From Tubiluchus corallicola (lineage: Eukaryota; Animalia; Priapulida): a stretch of 64,000 bases of DNA. Of this stretch, positions 14,501-26,600 are shown in pieces. The stretch spans positions 372,001 through 436,000 of the forward strand of contig JAQGDQ010000133.1 of assembly GCA_030141605.1 (NCBI GenBank), read 5' to 3'. The translations under genes were made by a program, and so were the position numbers. The notes below the pieces were generated by a model. The model had not been told where the DNA came from. It saw nothing but the letters and a program-made list of their open reading frames with translations, and ran no database searches. Position 1 is the stretch's first letter; each line of letters opens with the position of its first letter.

Positions 14501-15317
14501 TAAACGTACACAAATTGTCTGAGTTGATGAATAAAAAAATCAAAAAGTTTCATATTATCAATCAATACAATGCAACAAGTTAATTTTTTACTGTCAGCAT
14601 TGCTATGAAATTAAGCAGTGCTGCACTTGACCATTAAATGGATGAGTGACTGCCACGAAAATCACTTCCTTTTTTCCAGCTGCCTTCTCCATTGATGTGT
14701 TTAGTTAATTGAATGTGACATTGCTAAGACATCTCTGCCAGTTTAGCATCTCGTCTTATAGGACATCTTGATAGTAATTAGTAGTTTGGTTCCAGTACTA
14801 CCTCAACTGATCAACATTGGTAGTAGGCTCAGTTACTGGTTACTGGATTTTGGTTTATACCATATGCTGTTATAACAGTAACATCGTGATTGCTTGTGTG
14901 TATAAATAACATGACAAATACATTATTTGCTGCTTTTAGGATGCTTGCTGTAAGACAATCTATGTTATTGTCACAGAACATCCTCTCAGCGAGATAAACA
15001 GCCTGAATCAATATGGTGAATGAAACTGCCTAAAGAGAGGGGTGAACCCTGCAGTCACCAATCCATTCACTGTCCAATCTCAGTATTTCTTACTGCTCAG
15101 CTTCGATACACAATGTTACCACTCCATTATTTACCTCTCGCAAAATGTTGTTATTGTTGGAAATTAAATTATGTTGCTCTATTGTTTTACAGGGCAAGGC
15201 TTCAAACTGGCTCCCGTAGTAGGAAAACTCCTAGCAGAGCTAGTCTCTGGACAAAAGCCATCCTATGACTTGGAACCTTTCAGAGCTGCAAGATTTACTA
15301 GCAAGTCACGTCTGTAG
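8522..15317 (+). CDS. PIPOX: Peroxisomal sarcosine oxidase / L-pipecolate oxidase-like flavoenzyme (MSOX/MTOX family), 9 exons, 391 aa
   Basis: Exons 8522-8632, 9980-10128, 10500-10608, 10725-10829, 11254-11442, 12262-12411, 12975-13136, 14027-14102, 15193-15317; all GT-AG, 1176 nt open frame. Motifs: IVVGGGIIG (FAD binding), [25 protein letters not shown] (flavinylation Cys), [21 protein letters not shown]-terminal PTS1 SRL. Confidence 0.93.
8720..9467 (+). mobile_element. 5'-truncated CR1/L2-group LINE (ORF2 C-terminus, 3'UTR, (GACTAT)n tail) in PIPOX intron 1
   Basis: ORF 8723..9013 has FMYK...HNTR...[10 protein letters not shown]...SITRFK, typical of the CR1/L2-group RT C-terminus; ends aataaa followed by tgactatgactatgactatgactatga at 9436-9467. 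Confidence 0.8.
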
Positions 15318-15515
15318 TTCCAGATTCTGTAGATGATACCATATATTATTGTTTTGATTTTGTTACATAAAATAAATTAGTTTTCTATACAGCATATAAA
15401 CATAATTTAGAATTTGGTGTTTTTGCTGTGAGACTATGAGAATGATTCATACTTGTACAGGCAATATGTTTTTGTTTTTTTACAACTTGTCCACAATTAG
15501 AAGCACCTGGATATT

Positions 15516-15858
15516 GGGGCTGTTTCTGGATTTGAACTAGGGACCTTTTGATTAACATACATCTTGATCATTAGACCACTCACACGCCCCTGGGGTTAAA
15601 CAAATCTTAACAGTTTACTAAATAATTCAAGTTATTCAGAATTTTAAAGTGTTAAATTGTTAATAATTTTTTTATTATGATAAGTAGCAACTAGTTACAT
15701 TAATTATATTTTAATTAATTGCAAAATTTATGCAAATTCTTTAATGATTTCTGTAAAGTTATTGCACTAATTATATCAAGACTACGTGGTCTTATGATAT
15801 CTACATGGTCTTAGACTTTAACCAAAAGTCCCTGATTCAAATCCAGACTGAGCTCCCG
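15516..15858. mobile_element. Two divergently oriented tRNA-derived SINE heads (15516-15585 minus; ~15800-15858 plus)
   Basis: B-box-like (g)ttcaaatccag and A-box-region tggtct on opposite strands; same family as the copies at ~1291, 41779, 43331, 43411 and 48727. Confidence 0.6.
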
Positions 15859-16869
15859 ATTTAATAACTGTGGGTTTAACTCTGGCTTATTTCCATCATA
15901 ATCTTGAAACTAAGGATCCAAATAAATAATGCTGTTAACCTCAAAGAGAGTCGAGCGCTTTAAAACTGTGTTTGCATTTACAAATTTATTAAAATTTAAA
16001 GAGGAATTTCGACACGCTGTAATACAGTGTACTTACAATTGTTAGCAATAGTAACGGCATTGATCCCCGTAAGTCTAAACCTAGCGTAATGATTAAAAAT
16101 CAAGTTCCCTAGGTTACTTTATGCATAACTGACTACTTTATTGATGTATCACTATAAATAATAATTGCGTACTAGTATAATTCCATGTAACTTCCAATTG
16201 CCTAGTAACGTTCTTGCGTTTTAGATTATACCTCGAGGGACTTCTATAATTTATACGTTGAATACTTTAGCCGTAATAAGTGGTTATAGGTGCAATTTTC
16301 AAATTGGCAGATTCTAACATGTAGTTTCCAAGAATAGATTGCTTCTTTTAACGGCAAAGAAGCTATAAAAACATAATGCAGGGCTTATCCCTAAAGCATG
16401 AAGCACAAAGCAAATTTCAATACAGATTCTCGAATATTAATCGACTTACTAGTCAAGGCTCAGTAAAAGAATTTGCGTATTAATGCACATAATCAATATT
16501 GCACGAAGATCCTACATAGTGTTTATTTGTCTACCTAATACAAAGCCAGCAGCTTTTGCTAAAGCAAAATTATAGACAGAATACAATGGAATGACGTCAG
16601 AATAATGGGTTTGCGTCAGCAGTTTTCTAAGCGAGAATCTTTCGAAATGGAACCTCCAATCCACTTGCAGCGGCTCCTCCTTGTGGACGCGACCCTAAAA
16701 GAGGCTTACGTTGTCGTGTAGCCCAGTCAGTCCTCTTTCCCAAGAGTTCAAGTTTGGCCAGCAGAACCTCCACCAGGCGCAGCTAGGACATTTTTTCTAC
16801 AAGGCGTTTTTTCTACTTGTAAAAAATTGGGAGGTTGAGTCCGAGAAAATACCTGTTGCGGGACGCCGT

Positions 16870-17160
16870 GGCCCTCACGCAAATTCTAAATACGCTTATG
16901 ACACCCATCATTGAACGGGCTATCCAAACATTATAAGCACTGCGCCCGGCGGTTTCCCTTTCTCTAGAAATAAGTTTTGCAAAAAATATGCAAAAAGGGC
17001 CATTTTTAGAGGTTTTCCGCCGCCTGGTCTTCCCGGTCGGCCTGTTTCGAAAGATAAACCATCAATGAGACGACATTAGATCGACTAGATCGAGACCTTT
17101 CGTTTGATATAGATCGCCTAAAATGGTGCCGTCGTCGAAGCTGTGGCCTCAAATTTATAT
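16870..17160 (+). mobile_element. Interspersed repeat, probably a Helitron/Helentron-type non-autonomous element (copy 1)
   Basis: Homologous to 18150-18505 (acaccca...ttgaac...atccaa.cattata.gcactg; ctttcgtttgatata...gtgccgtc); followed by (TA)/(TCTA) microsatellites. Confidence 0.55.
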
Positions 17161-17305
17161 ATATATATATAAACCATCTATCTATCTGTCTGTCTGTCTG
17201 TCTGTCTGTCTAACTATCTATCTATCTATCTATCTATCTACCTACCTACCTACCTACCTACCTACCTACCTACCTACCTACCTACCTACCTACCTACCTA
17301 CCTAC

Positions 17306-17393
<88 letters not shown>

Positions 17394-17550
17394 ATATATA
17401 TATACATATGACACCCATGATATAATACATATCATATGCATATGTATATATATCATATGTATATGATATGTATTATATCATGGGTGTCATATGTATATAT
17501 ATATATATATATATAGATAGATAGATAGATAGATAGATAGATTTATATAT
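17155..17550. repeat. Compound microsatellite (TA/TCTG/TCTA/CCTA) with embedded palindrome
   Basis: Direct reading; inverted core at 17405-17493. Confidence 0.9.
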
Positions 17551-18149
17551 GTCCCACGCCGCCTGCACCATGCCACGCCAACCTCATCATACTACACCCA
17601 ACACTCACACCACACCATTCACAGCACACAAACTACACCATATCACACCACATGATGATGGTGATGATGATGATCGTGATCGTGATGATGACGATGAGAT
17701 CTACAACATTAACATCATCAACACAGTAGCGTAGCGAAACCACGAAATATATTTTGTACAAACTCGAAACCATGTGATATAACAAATGCTATTAGGCCCA
17801 TCCAGCAGTGGTCAATATTGCACGGTCATTCTACATAGTTTTGCTTGCAGCTTCTCAGATGATAATAGGCTAACAGATATGCAACACAATAGAATGGCGG
17901 GTGAACACAATGTCTAGAACAGCCACGAAATTTTTCTAACTCACAGACAATAGATGTTCCAAATAGTGTGCACTGCGCAACACTGGGGGAGGGGTATGTG
18001 AAAAAGAACTTTGAAATACACCATTCCCGTTTCGTCTAACGGACCTCTCTCCCGACGATGCCTTCACATCTTGTAGACCTTCCTCTTTCTGCGAGTGTGC
18101 TTATTTTTTCCCAGCATGCCTAAACAGTTGCACAAATCGAGTTTTCCTA

Positions 18150-18512
18150 GAATATATATGTGTAGTTTCCTGCAAAATTTGCATCGTTGTGTCCGGGAAA
18201 ATACCCGTTGCGAGAAACCGTGGTCCTCCCGTGAAATCTAAATATGCCTACTACACCCACCTTTGAACAGACAATCCAACCATTATAGGCACTGTGCTTG
18301 GCAAGTTCCCGTTCTCCAGAAATAAGAGGTTCTCTAGAATCCCGATGCGCCCCGATTCGAAAAGAAGCCACCAACAATAAAATCTGTTGGTTGAAACCTT
18401 TCGTTTGATATATAGATCGTAGAAAATCGTGCCGTCTTCGGAGCCGTAGCCCCGTTGGTTATATATACAGACATATACTACCGAAATTAATGTATAGACT
18501 AGCTGTACCGCT
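18150..18512 (+). mobile_element. Interspersed repeat, probably Helitron/Helentron-type (copy 2)
   Basis: Homologous to 16870-17160. Starts atgtgtagtttcctgcaaaa (also at ~46990) and ends tatagactagctgtaccg. Confidence 0.55.
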
Positions 18513-18699
18513 AGTTTTGTACATAAACTCACAACGACAAACCACACCACATCCACCACAACACACAACCAACATCTCACAACTCATACTTGCCATACCA
18601 CACCATGCCACCAAACTACACCACTTCACCTGCAACACACCATACCCATCACACAATGCCAACACCATCCACACCACACTGCTCTACACAATATACCGA

Positions 18700-19545
18700 A
18701 TGTAGGTAAAAATGGCACGGCTAAAATGGCAAAGGAAAAAAATGGATGGAAATGGCACATATGGAAATGTAGGTAAACGGACAGGAAAAAATGGCACACT
18801 TAGGAAAGTATGTGTTTAGGGTTAGGGTTGCAGTGAGGGATAATTATTTTAGCTATTTTTACTTCTGCAAAGGAAATTATGTTTCAATACTGTTGGTTTG
18901 TTTGTTTGGTTGGTTGTTCTTTGTTTACCATGGCAGTAAACGTATTACCCAAAAACTATCTGCTAGCAGATTTTCAAGAAATTTTGTGAAGAAAAGAGGG
19001 CTTGGGGGGTGCCAAAACGGGAATCTTTTCTTCTTTGAAAACTTGACCGAACATTAGGTAAAAACATTCTTGAAGCACTTGTAGCGGTCTCAAAGGGAGT
19101 GTTTAATACTTCTTTGGCTTATTAATGCCTAATAAGCATAAGTATAGCCTAATAAGGTGACTTGGCAGGAATATATTTATATTTATATTTATATTTATTT
19201 GTACATTAAATAGATTTTTAATCAATAATGCACGAATGTTCCATCTCCCTTTTTAACCATTAATTTTGGCGATTGTAAAAATCTATTTAATGAACAAATA
19301 TGTTGAGGGTCTATACTCTATATAATACCATTACTGGTACACTTTTGCATGTTTGCTTATTTTTTCTTTGCGTTAACGTTTTTTTTTTAATTTTTAAGAA
19401 TCAGATGAGTAAGTTTAGGATTGTTCAGCTTTGACATAGATCTCCTTCCTACTGAGTCCATTTTAGTCTTATTATAGAAATCAACTGCTTTAAAATAACA
19501 CGTGCCATTTTTCCTACTTTTCCATCGCGCCATTTTTACCGCTCA
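18700..19545. mobile_element. Non-autonomous element with AAAAATGGCAC-repeat inverted arms, TTAGGG motif and Helentron-like core (copy 1)
   Basis: Left arm of aaaatggcac repeats, then gtttagggttaggg and ...aaggaaattatgtt...gtttgtttgtttg...; short right arm gtgccattttt at 19502. Colinear with 50520-51555. Confidence 0.7.
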
Positions 19546-20426
19546 CCCACACGAGTCACACCATACACCATACCACTCCACCACCCTACCCACAGACGTC
19601 ATGTTGAACGTTCACCATACCACTTTCAAGGCCCCTGCCTCAGGTGTGTACTTGCAAGTTTCGATATTCTGGCCCTCGGTATTGAGGAGCGAACGCGAAT
19701 TAAAAACTGGATGCCCTAAATATCACATTTTCCTCCTATCTTTGGTCCCTTAACAATTACAGCTCTTTTAGCAACACTACTGTCTCTGGCTCTTTAACAA
19801 ACCCAGCTTTTTTTTAACAAATACTACTATCAGAGTCTTTACCCCAATGCCTTCCCTGCAAGCTTCGTGACTCTAGCTACTCTAGGTTTAGAGTTACTCA
19901 ATGTTACGCATTTAAATCCTATCTCAGGCCATTCAGGAATCCCAACTTTACATCTACCCCGCAAACTTAAGTACTTATGAAAATAATATGGAAGTTAATT
20001 CAAAGCCCCAGGAGGAGTTAATGACAATCGAAAAATTAACAGGTGACCAGTGTCCTTTGAATAAAGCACCGTTCACCCATAAGTTTCAAAGACCCTATCC
20101 CATGTATTTTCTTTGTATCCTTCGCGACTCTAGCCGTGTACGGTTGCTAGTTAACATGATATACAGTATAAAACCGGATGCCCAACTACATAATGAAATG
20201 ATGAGAAATAACAAGGGCCTAGAACTAGCGCAGGTGGATTTGCCACGATTTGAAGAGTTTTCCATTTATAGAATCAACCTTTGGATTCTTTTTTTATTCA
20301 AAGTATTAAATTTTCATTTTCCTCTTTGAAATTATGGTAGCATACCATTACATAAAAGTCATTACGCACAATAAGCATAAAAACGAAAAATTTACGTTTT
20401 AGTTTTAGTAATTACCTGCATGAAGA

Positions 20427-20527
20427 TGACGTCATGAAGCCATAACAGTCACATGCTCACTCACATGATCACTTCTCCACCATTTGCTGTATTTCTTTTC
20501 TATATTGCAAGTTGGACGGGCGGAGTC
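20427..20527 (+). promoter_or_regulatory. Candidate proximal promoter elements of paralogue A (CRE palindrome, GC box)
   Basis: TGACGTCA at 20427-20434 and GGGCGG at 20518-20523, 130-225 bp upstream of the ATG at 20652; motif match only. Confidence 0.35.
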
Positions 20528-20651
20528 TAACGTATCTACTGCAGTATTTCTTTTGTAGCACGCACGTGTACACTTCGATTAGTATATAGTACAGTCTATT
20601 CCCTTCTACACTATTTTGTGCAGCGGAAATTTTTCGTAGAGCTAGAAAACG

Positions 20652-23600
20652 ATGGATCTTAAATTATGCGTCAGTTTGTGCTTGGCTTTGACGTTTTGTG
20701 GTATGCTGTTTTAGACTTAATTAGGCCTAGTCGAATTGATGCCCGAAAGTTGATGCTAAAGATAATATTTAAACATTTTTTAGCTTACGTTGTTGGCTGG
20801 CGAATATAGGTAAAAATGACACAGTTAGTCATTTTTGCCTGTGCCACTTGTACCGTGCACCTTGGCTGGCAAATAAGATTTTTTTAGCTGCGCTTGATAC
20901 ATACAAATACAAAGTTCACCCACCGAAATATAAATAAATTTATGTGGATTTAATTCGATTATCATGTTTAGTTGCATAATAATGGTAACGTATTTAACGC
21001 ATTAATTAGCTTTAATTTTTGGTGATCTATCAATATTCTCTCTTGTATACTTGCAAGGCTAATTGTGACTCTTAAATATTAGATTGTATACTTGCAAGGC
21101 TAATTGTGACTCTTAACTGAAGCTACTGTAATAAACAATATTCGCTTTATTCTTGCAAAGTCAATATGTCTTATTGTTCTACAAACATCAGTACTTTTGA
21201 TGGTTATGTATTCACCTTTGTATATGATCTTTATGTCACAAAATTCCATAAAACTAATACGCGTGATTGCGATGCAAAAAACCAAATTGTTTGAATGATT
21301 TTAACGACATTAAATGTAGCGTCCAACTTGGTTTTTATAAATTTTTTCTCCAGCGTATTAAGTTTCATCGTTGGCTAATACTAAAAAATTAGATGTTGCA
21401 CGCGTTATATCCCAGTTGATCTTCATAAATTATGTCGCACACACATGTAATTTTGTTTTTGTAATGTTCTTGTGATGTTACAGCATCATTTGTTTTGGCT
21501 ATTTTCGGCTATATGACTTTTCGCATGTTCCTCACAACGATGCTGGTTTTTTTCACGAGAAGTATCAAATTTTGTTGTTTGACTTTCGATTAAGAAAGAG
21601 TTGAATGCGTTTGACCGTTTAACTACGATGCTCCGGCATTGAAAACATCGTAATCGATTACTTTCTTTTTCTGTTTGGTACAGTATTGTATTTTGACCCA
21701 AATTCGTTTGTGTTTCACATGTTTGTGAAGATTTGCAGCGGGAGAGACAATTTGCTTATAGACTTACAGATAACACTGTCGCGCCTACCGCAGCCTTTTC
21801 TACCTCTGTCCGTACCGCACGCTAGCAAACGAATCCAGGTGGAAAAGTCATAGAAAAAAGACACAGGAAAAAAGAAACAACCCTGGCCCTGATTACTAAC
21901 CCTAACCTTAGGCAAAATTAATTGACTTTTTCCCAGCCAAAATTGTGAGTTTTTTCCATGACTTTTTCCTGTCACCTAGCAAACATACGGGGCTCCAACT
22001 GGTTGAAATGATCATTGGTCGCTATACCAGTTCACGTGTCATTAGAAAAGGACTTCTTTTTCGCGCTGGTTGAAATACTAGCACTGTTTCTATATAAATA
22101 AAACTTTGAATGATCGGGTAGTCACAATAGTGATTTAATATTGCTTACAGCTAGCAAAATTAGGCAAAAAATCAAAGGAACTAATAAGTATACAGTTGTG
22201 TCCTAAGGCTAATAGTAGCCTAAAACAGACATTAATGTGTAAACATTCGAATAGTTTTAACCTAGTTATCGTGTGGTTGTTATGTAAGCGATTTTCTTTG
22301 TTGCTTACAAATGCAGCCTACACATAATAACTTTTGTATTAAGTAACATTTTTTTTAAAAATATTAAAAGTTGTTTTAACGTTACAGGTCCAACACAGTT
22401 CCACATAAACATTTTTCTTTATTAAACTTAATTTTATGAACGTGAAATAAGAAATTCCCCTGTTCTTTTGTACTGCGTGCACTGTACGCCCCACTCTACC
22501 TATGTATTTGGTCTTTACACTGTCTCAAATGCATTACTTTAGAATAAAAATTATTTTAAGCTTTACGTCTGTAGTTTATGGTGTACAGACATTACGACAC
22601 TTGGACACAGGACGTTTTGCCACAAGACAGTTGACCACATATATCATTTTGACACAAGGACACACAGGCTGTTTCGATAAAGAGGTCATTTGGATACTAG
22701 GCGATTTTGACATAAGACATTGGATACAGGTTATTTGAACTGACAGCTATTTTGGTCGCATAAGCCCGGCAGTGTTTTTCAACCAGTGTGCCGCGGCACA
22801 CTGATGTGCCGTGAAAGATCATCAGGTGTGCCGTGGGAAATTATCTAATATCACCTAATTAACCGTTGTCGGGTGTCTGTGCTGTAATAAACTGTGGCCG
22901 ATAATGTAAAACTCTTTTATTTCAGTGGGTGGCAGCAGAGAGCGATAAATGCCTGTAAAGTCAATAGAGTTAGTGTTTATGTACAGCATCATTACTTGAA
23001 ATATACTTGACTCTCAAAACACTGCGGGATTGAATGATAAACAAGAGAATTATCGCTGTTGTATGTTTGCTTAGTAAATTCGTATACAGTTTACTTTGAG
23101 CACATAACTGGTTTAGATATACCATAGTTTAGGTTTGCTATATATACAAATGTAAATGTGTTGCGGGCAATCAACCACAGACAGCTTCATTAATATAGTA
23201 AGTTTTCAGGCTTCTTTAGAACTATCAATCGACTTGATCAGGCGTAATTGTAGGGCCAAAGAATTCCACAATTTGGAGGCAGGAGATGTGAACGATTATG
23301 TGACTAGCCTGCTACGTGAGATTTCAAGATTTTACCACTTTCTGTGCTGACGCATCAGTCAGAATGGTCACATGACCGCCTATTGTTTCAACACGCACGT
23401 GTCTGTAAATGGTGGCGGTGCCCGAGGATTTTGGAAATGTAAAAAATGTGCCGTGGCTCAAAAAAGGTTCAAAATCACTGGCATAAGGCCATATTTAGAC
23501 ATTAGGTGTTTTGGGTATATAGGTGATTCTGACACAAGAATTGGACACTGTAACAGTAGGATATTAAGACGTGCAACTTTTTCTCGTTGTCCAGCGTTTG

Positions 23601-26600
23601 GGAGTCCTCACTGGAGGCATCCTCAGTGGTGAGCTGCACCCCGCTTTTTGGTTAATCCAGACGAACAGGGATGACAAAAATATTTTTATTCATCACGAGT
23701 AACAGTACCGACAAAATTGTTCACAAGTCTCTATAATTGAGTAAAAACTAAAGGATAGTTGTCAAAGGTCAATACTTTTCTTCGTAATTTCCGGGAAGTT
23801 ATTGAGCTGAATAAATGAAAGTCATTGAAGCTATAGCTAATTACTCATAATTGTGAAGTTCGAAACAATAACTAGAGGGTGGTTGTTGCCCGTGTGTGAT
23901 CGATATACGTATAGACTTTAGCATTGACACGGATTTTAATTTACACGCCTTATATACTGAATGCCTGTGAAAAAATGCAAACACCGCCTTATCTTGCGGA
24001 TTTCAATTATAACATGTTGTTACTGAATGTTGTTATCTGATATCTTCCTAATGAGTTAGTCATAATTCGTTTGACTGTGCATAGGCAGATTGCAGCATGA
24101 GTTGTTACATCCGGTTCTTTAGGAACTATAAAAAATCCAAATTTGCTCTTATTGACCCAAAAAATGAATATGCTCTTAAGTTTATCAACACTCCTCCAGT
24201 GTCGGTTTTTTCTCAGAAAGAGAGTACCGGTAGAAGTTTGTGTGGGTGTGCATGTGTGTGTAGCGAGAAAAAGAGTCTTTTCAAAATAGATAATATATTA
24301 TTTCTTTGTTCCACGGTTTTCTAGACATCAGAAACCCTTTGAATTTCGCAAACAAAGCAATTTAAACCCACTCATCCCCAAGAACAGGATATTGCTAAGT
24401 AACCTATGCTGTTAAATTGTACCAAGACCCAATTGAATCCAAATGGTAACTTGTCTAAACAGTTTGTGTCCTAATTATCTACGTGTCCAAATATCCTGTG
24501 TGTCCAAAATACCTAGTATCCAGATGAACTGTATGTATCCAATCCCCGTAGTGTCTAAATCGCCTGTTTCTAGATAATCCATGGGTCCAAATAATATATG
24601 TGTCCAAACAACCTATGTGTCCGAATTACTTTGTCCAAATAATCCATGTGGCCAAAGAGTTCTATGTCTAAAATTCTCTTGTGTCCATATAACCTATGTA
24701 TCCATAATGTTTGTCGAAATAACCTGTGTCTAAAACCCCCATATCCAAAATAATCACTCAAGTTTGACTGGTATGTTGACGTTTTGTGACATATTAAAAT
24801 ATTTAAAACAATATGAATCAGCAAATTTTCTATTTTTACATGAAAGCGTGTGGATGGGTAATATTAATACGAGTCACGTATAACGCCGAGGGAATGAGTA
24901 AACTTCCTGTTAGAAAGATGAGACTGATAAGCGTCAATGTAGCAACCCTGGGCGTTTTTATACCAGCCTAGAGGAAATATGATCACACAGGATTGCGAAA
25001 TAAATACTTTTCTCATACACAGAACTGTACAGCAACGTACTGAAATTTGAAAAGAAATTTGTATTTTTTAACGATTATCAACAAAAAATCGAAATGACTT
25101 TCTTAAATACTTTTGATAATTACAGAATGAATTTCTATAAGCTTCTAAGCTATTATAGCTATCGGTTAGCTGTAAAAATGCGTTTACTACCAGCCTAAAA
25201 CGTCTCTTTGAGCCAAGAGGGTTCACATACATATCAATTATAGTGTAATTTTATCGTTCTTCGCGAAAAAACAATCCTGGAAAGTTGCACTTTTTCGTTT
25301 TTCATCAGCTAGTTGAAAGCATTTGATGCAAAAATTTACTGCCGTTCAGATGCTCCCCAGCATCCTCCCTTAAGTTAAGGACTTGAGAACAGAAAATTGA
25401 AAATGTGATGTTTTTATACAGTCGGGCACTCAACACGCAACTTAGAATGTAGATATACTTATGGCAAGACTGGAATCTACTAGCATCTCATTCCCAAGGG
25501 CATTTTCTAATGTAAAATGTGTAGTACATGACGTCTAAAGTCATGTTTGAGTAGTTATTATATAGCTTCATTCAATAGTAAAACTAACTAAAAGCAATAT
25601 GAGAATTCGACGGCATTTATTAATGCTCCTAATAAAAGAAATTCCAACAATTCGACTCTCAGACCACCACTGAGGTTTATCTTTAGATAAAGGAAAGAAA
25701 AAAGAAAATGGCCAAATAGAGCTATTAATTCTAATACTGTGTGATTGTCTTTTTCTTTCTTTCATTCGAAAATAAACCAGATTCTGAAAATATAAAGCTG
25801 GTTTTGTTCGTGCGTGCGTGCATGTGTTCTGGAAAATTTTCCTTGATAATGAGACATTCCGTTCGTGCCACACTCAAACCAAACAGATTAACATAAATTA
25901 TAGCAAATTATATTTCAAATTTGAAATATAATTTGCATTCGACATGTTCTGTCTGGGAATCTGTGAGCATACACCATGCATCTAATTTTCATCTTTGAAA
26001 ACGGATTTTGAGGGACTAACTAAAAGTATTTGTTTACAGCACAAAGCTGTGATGGGGAATGCAGCTTTCAAAGTATCGTAGATTGGTTCACAAATGAAAT
26101 GAATGCTCTTGAGGACAGCAGCACAGTCGACAATGCGTCTATGAAAACGGTAGAAATAATTAAGAAATTCATGAAAGAGGAGTTACCTAGTCCTTGCCAG
26201 GGAATAAGTAAAGTTGTCATAGATTACATTGAGAATCTTGGCAGTGTAGATAACCTTGAGAGTCTTGGCAATGCTGGAGATACAAATGAGCTTGTAAAGA
26301 ACTTATGCACGTAAGTTTGTGTAGTTTCAACTTGTTTTTGTTATTAATCACCATACCTGGGCTTATACTTGCATTATAGGCATTACTGGCCAATTTAGGA
26401 AGGTTTGAATGTGAGTTGAATCATCATCATCTGTATAATTGTTATGTCAGCAAGGAATAAACAGTCTTTGTTGATTGCTCAGTAGATATGTGTAGGCATT
26501 AGACTTGCAAAATAAGGGCCAAGTTTAACATTGGCAACAAAATGTTCTTGTTGAATATTATGCTCTGTATAATTGTTATGTCAGCAAGGAATAAACAGTC

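Noticed and set aside
17123-17734. ORFs with YLSI/YLPT and His/Asp-rich repeats
   Set aside because: Microsatellite and low-complexity translations.
18815-18830. TTAGGG repeats as an interstitial telomere
   Set aside because: Only two units, and they are part of a dispersed element also present at ~50683.
24425-24760. Regularly spaced short repeats suggesting a CRISPR-like array
   Set aside because: Units are degenerate with no unique spacers, there are no cas genes, the context is eukaryotic, and they form one arm of an inverted-repeat element.
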